This document shows, one piece after another, positions 52,369-61,782 of a stretch of 64,000 nt of DNA (the stretch's first letter is position 1; every line of letters starts with the position of its first letter). The position numbers and the translations under genes are program-made. Below the pieces are notes generated by a model. It made no database searches and was not told the origin of the DNA. It saw nothing but the letters and a program-made list of their open reading frames with translations. This DNA is from an uncultured Saccharospirillaceae bacterium (GTDB lineage Bacteria; Pseudomonadota; Gammaproteobacteria; Pseudomonadales; Oceanobacteraceae): NCBI GenBank assembly GCA_947503895.1, contig CANNFT010000004.1:324871-388870 (forward strand), given 5' to 3'.

Positions 52369-53943
52369 TTATTCAGAGGCGATTTCAAAGCCTAGGTGCA
52401 CTGGCAAACCGCGCCGAATGACTGAAATTGTAAGGTCGCCTGATGACTCGAGTGATTGCCAGAGTGGGTTGCTGCCGTCATATACCCATTCGCCATTTAC
52501 ACGCACGATCACATCCCCTGGTTCCATGCCTAAAGCAGTATAAAAGCTGTCTATTTCATGGTTGTTTAACTTGAGTAACGAACTGCCTTCTATTTTGTGC
52601 TCAGTGGGGTGTAATTGTTCTTCGAGCGCATCACGACGTTGTATTTGTGATTGAAGCCACTGCGTAGACAATTGGGATCTTTTCAGGGAGGCAATTTTCC
52701 TATCGAGGCGAGCCTGATGGCTTTGTGAAAGCACTTCGTGTTCCTTGGCATCTTGATCGAACTTATCGTCCTTTTCGAGACGATTAGAATCAAATGACGG
52801 GTGGTTTTGGGTTGATTGAGTTGCTATATCGATTTTGTTGGTGAGGGCCTGCCCATTTTGTTGGTGAGGATCTTTTACTAAGGTATTGAGTTGAGCAACG
52901 CTGGGCTCGGTTGCGGTTTGAATCGACCATATTTTACCGTCTTTAAATACCTCAACAATGTTTGGATGAATGGCATGAATCCAAATTCCGGGGCCAATAA
53001 CACTGCCTTCATCCACACGAGAAACAAATCTTGAGCTTAGAATTTGAGCCCAATGGAATTGCGCTTGTTTGGTGACCCATACCCCTAATAGTTCAATAGA
53101 CCATTCCGAATTTTGTTGAACGAAAGGCGTGCTGGGGGCTGAAATAAAGGGTTTAAGATGTCGGTAAATCTCAGATTCCCATCGACCTTTTGCGATGTAA
53201 GTGCCATTTATGAGAAGCGTAGGTGCATGATGTATACCGGCAGATTTTAATGCCTGAATGGACGATTTGGTTGCAGTGAGACTGGCTTGGTTTCGACTGA
53301 TTGAGAAATCTAAACAGTCCTCTGCTTCATTTTTACTGAGACCGTGCAAAATCATTCCGGAAACCAATGGGTATGTGGAGATCTGGCCCTGTTGATTCCA
53401 TAAGTGTTTTCTGTACAGAGATTGTTGATCGGAATGGATGCAGGATATTGAATGCGCAGCAGGTAATGCAAAGCGATGAAACGGTAGTGCAAAATCAAAA
53501 AACTCCAAGTGGAGAGCGGGTTGATCATTTGGGGTTTTTAAATAAGGCATCAGATCATTAATTGCATCAATAATGCGTGCGCAAGGAGCTGACTGATACG
53601 TACAAGCCAATTGAATATGCGTTTGAGCGCCCGCTTCCCCCAAATGCCAAGCGGGATCGAGAGTGAGGTTAATCTTAGGGGCAGCTGGTGGCGCAAGCAT
53701 CAATTGTGGTGTGGCAGTGACAGACTGACTTTCTAAATATTGTCGGAGTGAAGTCAGCATCATGTAATGTTGCTGCATTTCGATATCGTAAATTCGAATT
53801 TGATCACTGACCGGTAATTGATTGCGATATACATGCTCAGAATCGAATGATGCAATTGCCTGATCTTGCTTGTAGTCACACCCCATTAAGTAAACGGAGA
53901 TGATTGCGACGGCAACCATGAAGCGAAGTATTTGGGATCGCAT
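52369..53943 (-). CDS. Lipoprotein fusing a DsbA-like thioredoxin domain (SXXC) to GspC-like HR and PDZ domains
   Basis: Lipobox LMGC; HIQLACTYQSAPCAR, FDFALPFH, GIHHAPTLLING; IELLGV..VDEGSVIG..IHAIHPNIVEV; ALGMEPGDVIVRVNG. Confidence 0.7.
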   Translation of the reverse strand: MRSQILRFMVAVAIISVYLMGCDYKQDQAIASFDSEHVYRNQLPVSDQIRIYDIEMQQHYMMLTSLRQYLESQSVTATPQLMLAPPAAPKINLTLDPAWHLGEAGAQTHIQLACTYQSAPCARIIDAINDLMPYLKTPNDQPALHLEFFDFALPFHRFALPAAHSISCIHSDQQSLYRKHLWNQQGQISTYPLVSGMILHGLSKNEAEDCLDFSISRNQASLTATKSSIQALKSAGIHHAPTLLINGTYIAKGRWESEIYRHLKPFISAPSTPFVQQNSEWSIELLGVWVTKQAQFHWAQILSSRFVSRVDEGSVIGPGIWIHAIHPNIVEVFKDGKIWSIQTATEPSVAQLNTLVKDPHQQNGQALTNKIDIATQSTQNHPSFDSNRLEKDDKFDQDAKEHEVLSQSHQARLDRKIASLKRSQLSTQWLQSQIQRRDALEEQLHPTEHKIEGSSLLKLNNHEIDSFYTALGMEPGDVIVRVNGEWVYDGSNPLWQSLESSGDLTISVIRRGLPVHLGFEIASE

Positions 53944-54092
53944 TTAGAGCACCTTGTTTTCTGAGCATGATGAAGAGAAAAAGCGATTGGCCGCAAGGTT
54001 TAAATGCGCCAAATTAAAGGCGGATTACGATTCGTCATCGTATGAAGAGAATTTAAAGGCTGAAAGCGATCAAAATCACAGATTGGTAGGCT

Positions 54093-54130
54093 AAAAAAAA
54101 TCGACTCAGCATAACGCTCAGTCGATTTTT
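54093..54130 (-). terminator. Intrinsic terminator of the histone-like gene
   Basis: AAAAATCGACT / AGTCGATTTTT stem with T8 tail on the minus strand. Confidence 0.8.
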
Positions 54131-54156
54131 AGGAGGGTTAACCCAGTCAATTAGGG

Positions 54157-54813
54157 CTATTTGGCTTTTTTGGCAGTTTTACGACGCCCAGCACGTTTTT
54201 TGGCGGTAGTTTTACGTCGTGCCGTTTTCTTTGGTTTTGATTTTTCAAGTGACTTTAGCTTAGCCGTTGCTTTTTTAGCGGCGGCTTTTGCTTTTGTTGC
54301 TGCTTTTTTGCTTTTTGCTTTAACTTTCGCAGCGTCCTTACGGGCTCTGCTCTTACGCCACTTATCTTCGAATGCTTTCATGGCTTTCGAAAGATCAGCA
54401 TCTGCTTTATCAGCAAGTGATGCGGCATACACCTCAACGGCTTCTTGAGCAGCAGCAGCAGCGGCTTTCGCTTTGGCCTCCACGTTTGCCATGGTGATTT
54501 GTTTTTTAGCATCTCTGGCGGCTGCTTTCGCGTCTGCCATCATAGATTTTTGTTTAGAAACGGCCTCTCGTGCAGTGACGACGGCTTTTTTAGCTGCAGC
54601 CGTACCGGAAGAAGCGGCTTTTTTACGGGCCGCCGCGAGTTTTTTGCTGGCTGCATCTACTTTAGCCTGCGCCTTTGCGACATTGGCATTTGCCTTCTCA
54701 ACAGCTTTTTCAGCTTTCGCCATAGCTGGAGTAGCGACTACTGCTTTTGCCTTACGAGAAGTTTTACGGGCAGTGCGTTTCTTAGCAGCTGTCTTTTTAC
54801 GACCTCGAGCCAT
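54157..54813 (-). CDS. Lys/Ala-rich histone-H1-like basic protein
   Basis: Basic termini (KKTAAKK, KKTARRKTTAKK) around an Ala-rich helical core; GAGG RBS and own terminator. Confidence 0.75.
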   Translation of the reverse strand: MARGRKKTAAKKRTARKTSRKAKAVVATPAMAKAEKAVEKANANVAKAQAKVDAASKKLAAARKKAASSGTAAAKKAVVTAREAVSKQKSMMADAKAAARDAKKQITMANVEAKAKAAAAAAQEAVEVYAASLADKADADLSKAMKAFEDKWRKSRARKDAAKVKAKSKKAATKAKAAAKKATAKLKSLEKSKPKKTARRKTTAKKRAGRRKTAKKAK

Positions 54814-55429
54814 AATTATTTCCTCTGTGGTGGGCGGTTATACCAATAAAAAAATAGCATAAAAAAAGTAAGAGCAAAGTCTTGTTTGGAAAAATAACGA
54901 ATTTTTTTTAAAAAAACTACATAAAAGCGAGAATTTTCATTGAAAATGGCGCAATTAAATACTTAATTGCCGAAATGACTCATAAAAATCCGAATTTGGG
55001 TTTACTAAAAACGAATAATTTAAAATTAAAATGGAGCAGTTGAAATAGGATTTGGAGATTTTCGACCATCTCGGGAAGTTTAATGATCGACACGATTCAA
55101 ATATTTAGAGGCAAGACTACTTCTCAAGTCTTTTTTGGTTCGATAGGCCGTAAGAAATGTTTTAAATGCGACGAGCGGGAAAGTTTTAGCGCTTTTTTGT
55201 TACGGATTGGCCTGCGAATGCCCAAACTTCCCTTCGGTTGTCACGAAAAGTGACGAATTCATTGATAGCTTAATGGGCAAACACGGAATAGTTACCGCTA
55301 CTCGATACAAGATCCCTTTAAAATGAAAATGTCCCCTCTTGCTACAGAATACGACTAGGTTTCTGTTGAGTTAGATAGCCACAAACGAAGTGTATGGTGC
55401 AGATTATGAGTGTTTATTTTCATAAAACT

Positions 55430-55505
55430 TGAATAAATGACCCAATGTGAAACGTTAATCACATTTGCACATTGCTTCGAGTGCCAAAATTTGGCCGTTT
55501 TCAAT
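55430..55505 (+). ncRNA. Candidate RyhB-like small RNA (seed match only)
   Basis: CACATTGCTTCGAGT at 55468-55482 against RyhB CACATTGCTTCCAGT; short GCCAA/TTGGC hairpin then CGTTTT; ends are estimates. Confidence 0.3.
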
Positions 55506-55964
55506 TGTTTTTAACCCGAGTGGGTAAGACGTTAATTCTTTCACTTAAGAATGCTCATTTGTATCCACACTTCGATGATGCGTGAAAAGTTCCGATCAAT
55601 ATTTATCGTTTCCAGAACGGTTGCTTCGAGCATGCGCTCTGAATGAGTATGCTTCGGTTGCTGTTGGTTTGATGAATGGGCGTTTTGTTGCGATATCTCA
55701 CAGGTTCTTTAAAGCCGCGACAGATATGGCACGCTTGTTTGTTGAAAAGACTCCTAATAAGAATGATCGCTGTGCGACACTTCTATTAATGATTTCATAG
55801 AGTTAGAGAACGTTTAAGCCCGATTAGAGAAGTGATTTCCTACTCATGAAGTACTCTTGTTTGCTCGTTTTCCCCTAGTGGCCTTGATGCTCCGATGTGG
55901 TAAAACGCTTTGTGAAATACGACTCTATTCGGATCTTACAATAAAGGCGGTTGTCGTTTTGTGT

Positions 55965-56186
55965 ATGCTGAGATCATTTTACAGGCTTTTGGGCCTAGAA
56001 AAAGAGAGATGTTACCTCGTTGACTGGCCTAATTATTACCTCCCCAAAGGAATTGAACGGCATAATATTGATGAGTCAAAACTCGGTGTAAAAAAGCCAG
56101 ATGATATTTTATTGACGCCTTTTCAGAATAAAATTAGCGTATTGAAAAGCCTTCTCTTTCAACGCTACAGGCAAAATGGCCAGTGA
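55965..56186 (+). CDS. Small hypothetical protein
   Basis: 73 codons from ATG 55965 inside the 55857 ORF; protein-like composition but weak RBS. Confidence 0.35.
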   Translation: MLRSFYRLLGLEKERCYLVDWPNYYLPKGIERHNIDESKLGVKKPDDILLTPFQNKISVLKSLLFQRYRQNGQ

Positions 56187-56413
56187 TGTATCCGATGGTT
56201 TGTATGTGTCTTTCTCCAGCTTTGTTTGGCATTAGATGAACGATTTTGAATTGAGAATTGTTCCCAATTTCCAGTAATGACGATGGAAACGAAGGCTGGT
56301 GACTTATCATTTGGCTCCCTGCCGATACATCCGAAATTTCGTTTGTGCTGTAAGAAAATGCTTACAATAAGCGCGTTTAGATGCGGTAAGTAAGCTATAC
56401 CTTCAGGCGTCAT
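56165..56413 (-). CDS. Small hypothetical protein
   Basis: 82-aa ORF preceded by an AGGAG RBS; no recognisable domain. Confidence 0.35.
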   Translation of the reverse strand: MTPEGIAYLPHLNALIVSIFLQHKRNFGCIGREPNDKSPAFVSIVITGNWEQFSIQNRSSNAKQSWRKTHTNHRIHHWPFCL

Positions 56414-56745
56414 TCCGGTCTCCTGATACGAGCGAGCAAATGAAGAACTATTGATTAAGACATTTTCTTATGGATTGAGCCACATTAATGGAGAGGTTGG
56501 CGTTGAAGCCTCAGTTTTAATATGCGAAGGGGTCTGTACTTGAGCTTTTAAAGAATTCAATTAAGCACTCCACTTTAAGCTCATGACAGGTGTTCGGATT
56601 GAGAGAACGAGCCGATGGATCGGTTTCAATCCAGTTGATTTTGTGCTGAATTGGCAACGTACATGGATTCGATGAAGAAATGCCCTCTGAAACGCTTGAG
56701 CTCATGATTGATTAGGACGGGGAACAGTATTTGGCTGTAACACCA

Positions 56746-56825
56746 AGTCGAGTGTAAATCTCAGTCGAGTGTAAATCTCAGTCGAGTGTAAATCTCAGTC
56801 GAGTGTAAATCTCAGTCGAGTGTAA
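56746..56825. repeat. 17-bp tandem repeat (AGTCGAGTGTAAATCTC), 4 full copies plus a 12-bp partial
   Basis: Exact copies start at 56746, 56763, 56780, 56797 and 56814; no spacers. Confidence 0.97.
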
Positions 56826-56880
56826 TACTACGCCGGATGCAAAACTCAGTAGGGCGAAAAATTATGATGGGCGTAAAACG

Positions 56881-56909
56881 AAAAAAGCCGACAGCAAGGT
56901 GTCGGCTTT
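56881..56909 (-). terminator. Intrinsic terminator of adk
   Basis: AAAGCCGACA-N6-TGTCGGCTTT with T6 tail on the minus strand. Confidence 0.85.
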
Positions 56910-56947
56910 AAACGATTAGGATGATTCAATCGCGTGGTGTCGAAGAT

Positions 56948-57604
<657 letters not shown>

Positions 57605-57835
57605 TTACAGTTTTGAATCTATCTCTGAATCATCCTTGTTCATGACGAGAACGCCAAACAAAGCGGATTAAGACATAAATTCAATATCAACCTTAAAGCT
57701 ATCAACCCGCTTTAGGTGGTTAATTTTTCACCACTCATGGTGAAAAAGGAGGCTCACCTTACCCCAGCATTTCAATTAGGGCAAGTGTTGAAGGGGGGAG
57801 GTTAGAAGGGCAAATTCAGGCAGAATATCAGTATG

Positions 57836-58315
57836 TTAACCTGTAATTCCTAGGTGGTTGGTGCTTTCGAACCACTGAGCACCATGATTAAACGCGTACT
57901 CAACGTAGTCGGACGAACGGCACCGCCAGAAAGTACGTGGCGCGGGGCTTTGCAGTAATAGCGCACCCTCAGACCTTAAAGAGCGGTCTAAATAGCAGGG
58001 GAGCTTATACCCATCAGGAATAGGCAACCATTTACTGGGCCGAAATGGCATCTCATAGAAGTTTACACTCGTGTCAGATAATGCGTGTGGCAAGGAAGCC
58101 CGATGCTCAGTAGTAGAGGCATGGTTGGGCTTACCCGGAAAGCTGGATACGAGCAGATATTGGTCGTCTTGGTGAGTAAATACGTCTGCGTACAACAGCG
58201 TTGCATGGGTCAGCAGTTCTATTTGAAGCGGGCTGCATATCGCGGGCAGGTACAGAATATTCAATTCAAACGGACATTGCGCCGGCCAACTCTTGAGGGT
58301 CCTGTTCATAATCAA
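57836..58315 (-). CDS. Hypothetical protein
   Basis: 159-aa ORF filling the ppc-adk gap, GGAG RBS; no recognisable motif. Confidence 0.5.
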   Translation of the reverse strand: MIMNRTLKSWPAQCPFELNILYLPAICSPLQIELLTHATLLYADVFTHQDDQYLLVSSFPGKPNHASTTEHRASLPHALSDTSVNFYEMPFRPSKWLPIPDGYKLPCYLDRSLRSEGALLLQSPAPRTFWRCRSSDYVEYAFNHGAQWFESTNHLGITG

Positions 58316-58328
58316 TTTACCTCCCTAT

Positions 58329-58370
58329 ATTCATTCAGGTTCAGTAATCCTCTTCTGACCCTGAATGAAT
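58329..58370. other. Stem-loop downstream of ppc
   Basis: ATTCATTCAGG / CCTGAATGAAT 11-bp arms plus inner TCAG/CTGA. Confidence 0.55.
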
Positions 58371-58448
58371 GCACCCACAAACCGAGGTTCACTAACGCTA
58401 TAGTAATCACGTGTGCGTTAGGCTTCTACCACCAATCGTAAGCTAATG

Positions 58449-61085
58449 TTACCCCGTGTTTCGCATCCCTGCAGCAATGCCTGCCATGGTGACTTTGAGC
58501 GCATGATCAACATTTTCGTTGACGGTATCAGCACTGAGTCGGCTTCGGTACAGTAATTCAGCCTGCAAATAATGGAGCGGATCTGTGTAGGGGTTTCGCA
58601 CTGCCATAGACTCTTTAATAATAGGCGCATTTTCTAAAATAGCGGTTTGATCTTTCAGAGTATTGATGGTGTTTATGGCAATCGCTAGGCGGTCACGTAG
58701 CAGTTTACCCAGTTCTCTTTCATCTTTGTGCACCAAACGGTTCTCATAGTACTCGGCTATGTCAGCGTCGGTTTTGCTGAGTACCATTTCGAGCATGTCA
58801 GTGAACGTATCGAAAAAAGGCCAACCCGCTTTCATCTCTTTAAGTTGTGCTAACTGACCGGCTTCAAGCATGTCCGCTAATGCTTTCTCACCACCCAGCC
58901 AGGCTGGTAGCATCAACCGAATTTGCATCCAAGCAAAGATCCAAGGAATGGCACGCAAGCTTTCTACGCCTCCACTGGCTTTTCGTTTGGCAGGGCGACT
59001 GCCTAACGCGAGTTTTCCCAGCTCTTGCTCAGGTGTCACCGCTCTAAAATAAGGAACAAAACCTTCGTGTTCACGAACAATGCCCCGATAGGAAGTAACA
59101 GCCGCCGCAGACATGCTCTCCATGGTTTTTCGCCAATCTTCTTTTGGTTCTGGAGGCGGAAGTAAAGTCGCTTCCAGAACGGCAGACAGATAAACCTGCA
59201 AAGAACGTAATGCTACGTCAGGTGTGCCAAATTTAAAGCGAATCATTTCGCCCTGTTCTGTGACTCGCAAACGTCCTTCTACAGACCCCGGAGGTTGAGA
59301 TAAGATGGCGCCATGGGCAGGGCCGCCGCCGCGTCCGACGGTGCCACCACGACCATGAAACAACATGAGTTTTATATCGTGTTTATTGGCTATACCAACC
59401 AATGTTTCTTGAGCTTTATATTGCGCCCACGAAGCGGCCATTTGCCCAGCATCTTTAGCGGAGTCACTGTATCCGACCATCACCATTTGCTGTCCATTGC
59501 AGTATTTTTGATACCAAGGTAAAGCGAAAAGCCTTTCAATGGCGTCGCCAGCATTGGTTAAGTCATCCAGCGTTTCGAAAAGGGGTACAATGGGTAATCT
59601 CTTGGCTCGCCCTGCCATTTTAAGAAGTAAAGCAACGGCTAAAACATCTGAAGGTTGGCTCGCCATTGAGATCACGTAGGCGCTGATGGCATCTGATTTT
59701 TCTTTAGCTACGACACTGCATGTGTCTAAAACTTCCTGAACCTCTGCGCTTGGCTTCCAGTCAGAAGGCAGTAAAGGGCGTTTGTTTTGCAGTTCATTAA
59801 TCAGAAACTGCTGTTTTTCGTGCTCAGACCATTCTTCATAATCACCAAGGTCTAAGTAGGAGCAAAGCTCCACAAACACCTGTTTGTGTCGACCGCTTTC
59901 TTGCCGAATATCCAGTTTGGTCAGTGTTAAGCCAAATGTATAAGCCCGTCTAAGTGTATCGAGCAACTTACCTTTAGCGATGACCTCCATTCCAGATTCG
60001 CACAGCGAGTCATAACAAAGTTTAAGAGGTTCAATTAGGCTGCTAATGTCTTTGATGGGGCGGCTATTTCGGCTCGGTGCCAAACCATTAAGTTTATTTT
60101 CTGCCCACTTTCGAGTTTCTTTTAGACGTTGCCGAAGTTCATGCAACAAATGTCGGTAGGGTTCTTTGACATCCCCAATGACGGCTTTCAAGGTTTCATT
60201 GCATTCGGTCATGGATAGGTCATTAGCGAGATCACGGACATCTCGTAAATATAAATCAGCCGCCATCCAGCGACCTAAGTAGAGAACGTTTTGGGTGACT
60301 TTTGCGGTGACATTTGGGTTGCCGTCTCGATCGCCACCCATCCAAGAGCAAAACCGTATGGGTGTGGTTTGGATCGGTAACGATTGCCCTCCTGATCGTT
60401 CAAGTAATACGTCGAGTTCTTTATAGAAACGAGGCACGGCATCCCACAGCGATTGCTCAATAACCGCAAATCCCCACTTAGCTTCATCTTCAGGGGAAGG
60501 GCGCTGCTGCCGAATTTCATCCGTAAACCAGATTTCGCCTACTAGCTCTTTCAGGCGAGATAAGACGAAACGGCGTTCGTGCTCGTATGGGAGGGTTTCT
60601 AATTCATTCAATGACGTGAGTATGTTGTCGTATTTTTTAATCAGTGTACGGCGTGTGACTTCCGTCGGGTGGGCTGTTAACACCAGCTCAATTTGTAAGT
60701 TTTCAATTTGTTGAACCATATCGACGGATTGATTCTGAGCTTGGAGTTTTTCGATCAATGATTCAAAGTGCTCTAGAAAAGCCTCGCCTTCATTTCTACG
60801 ACGACGAACAACGTCGTGATATTGCTCGGCGATATTGGCTAGATTCAAAAACTGATTGAAGGCGCGGGTAATGGGAATCAGCTCTTCTTCAGGCAAATGG
60901 TTTAAGACAGCCAATAATGCTTGGCGATCTTCTTCGCTGCCCGTACGTGATTGCTTGGCCAATGTTCGAATGTTTTCAATCGTTTGTAAAAACGCAGCCC
61001 CTTTTTCTTGTTCGATAACCTCCCCTAAAAGTTCCCCGAGTAGTCTTACGTCATCTCGTAACGCGGAATCTAACAATGGTTCCAT
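58449..61085 (-). CDS. ppc: Phosphoenolpyruvate carboxylase
   Basis: VLTAHPT, WMGGDRDGNP, MVGYSDSAKDAG, FHGRGGTVGRGG, LRAIPW, MRNTG. Confidence 0.98.
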   Translation of the reverse strand: MEPLLDSALRDDVRLLGELLGEVIEQEKGAAFLQTIENIRTLAKQSRTGSEEDRQALLAVLNHLPEEELIPITRAFNQFLNLANIAEQYHDVVRRRRNEGEAFLEHFESLIEKLQAQNQSVDMVQQIENLQIELVLTAHPTEVTRRTLIKKYDNILTSLNELETLPYEHERRFVLSRLKELVGEIWFTDEIRQQRPSPEDEAKWGFAVIEQSLWDAVPRFYKELDVLLERSGGQSLPIQTTPIRFCSWMGGDRDGNPNVTAKVTQNVLYLGRWMAADLYLRDVRDLANDLSMTECNETLKAVIGDVKEPYRHLLHELRQRLKETRKWAENKLNGLAPSRNSRPIKDISSLIEPLKLCYDSLCESGMEVIAKGKLLDTLRRAYTFGLTLTKLDIRQESGRHKQVFVELCSYLDLGDYEEWSEHEKQQFLINELQNKRPLLPSDWKPSAEVQEVLDTCSVVAKEKSDAISAYVISMASQPSDVLAVALLLKMAGRAKRLPIVPLFETLDDLTNAGDAIERLFALPWYQKYCNGQQMVMVGYSDSAKDAGQMAASWAQYKAQETLVGIANKHDIKLMLFHGRGGTVGRGGGPAHGAILSQPPGSVEGRLRVTEQGEMIRFKFGTPDVALRSLQVYLSAVLEATLLPPPEPKEDWRKTMESMSAAAVTSYRGIVREHEGFVPYFRAVTPEQELGKLALGSRPAKRKASGGVESLRAIPWIFAWMQIRLMLPAWLGGEKALADMLEAGQLAQLKEMKAGWPFFDTFTDMLEMVLSKTDADIAEYYENRLVHKDERELGKLLRDRLAIAINTINTLKDQTAILENAPIIKESMAVRNPYTDPLHYLQAELLYRSRLSADTVNENVDHALKVTMAGIAAGMRNTG

Positions 61086-61353
61086 GCAGATCTCCCTTCA
61101 CTGTACTGATTGAGTAATGGCCAGCTTTCGCTCGGCGCTAAAAAGCAATTTTTATCGGTGGCTGAAATAACGCATTTATATACTCATATTGAATAAGCCA
61201 GAGCAATAGGTCAATGGAATGTCAGGCAGAAGGTGTGAACAAGGTTTCATGAACTATGTCTAAGCAATTGGGATCGGTAGCACAAAGAACATCTGGGCCT
61301 GCTAGACTGATTTGTGTGTGTAATTGTTTTTGAATTGGGTAGGTTCAAACAAA

Positions 61354-61689
61354 ATGAATGTAAGAGAACTAATGTTGTCTTGGGAAAAGGCCAGTGAGCG
61401 CAGCCTAGAGGAAGAAAAATATCAAGTTCGATTAAGTAAGCGCGATGCATCTCGCTTAGAAGCATTAGCCGGTCTTTATCCTGGCATGAAAAAAACGGAG
61501 GTTATATCTCAGTTATTGGTGGCGGCATTAGATGAGGTCGAACGACAAATGCCTTACAAGCCCGGTAATAAAGTGGTGGCTTTAGATGAAATGGGCGACC
61601 CATTATATGAAGACGTGGGTCTCACGCCACGCTATCAAAGGCTTAGGCAGCAGCACTTTCACGCGACTAATGATGTCAAAAATGGTTAG
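61354..61689 (+). CDS. Conserved gammaproteobacterial small protein next to ppc (often annotated 'pilin assembly protein'; RHH-like)
   Basis: ARL.AL..LYP..K..EVI..LL.AALDE, DEMGDPLYEDVGLTPRY; start at ATG 61354. Confidence 0.7.
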   Translation: MNVRELMLSWEKASERSLEEEKYQVRLSKRDASRLEALAGLYPGMKKTEVISQLLVAALDEVERQMPYKPGNKVVALDEMGDPLYEDVGLTPRYQRLRQQHFHATNDVKNG

Positions 61690-61782
61690 TGACCAGCGGA
61701 AGACTCACAAAGCGATGAAGTCGAAGGGGTGATCTATTGCAGCAAATTTTGTTGCTGCAATAGACCAGTAGATATGAATGTT

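Noticed and set aside
52369-53943. Canonical gspC of a T2SS operon
   Set aside because: It has a lipobox and DsbA-like domain instead of an N-terminal TM anchor, and no gspD-N genes flank it
54161-54862. Three overlapping plus-strand ORFs (54161, 54445, 54473)
   Set aside because: Antisense shadows of the low-complexity K/A-rich gene, which has the RBS and terminator
55444-55465. CRP site
   Set aside because: TGTGA and TCACA are separated by 8 bp rather than the canonical 6
56746-56825. CRISPR array
   Set aside because: Repeats are 17 bp and directly adjacent with no spacers; no cas genes in the window
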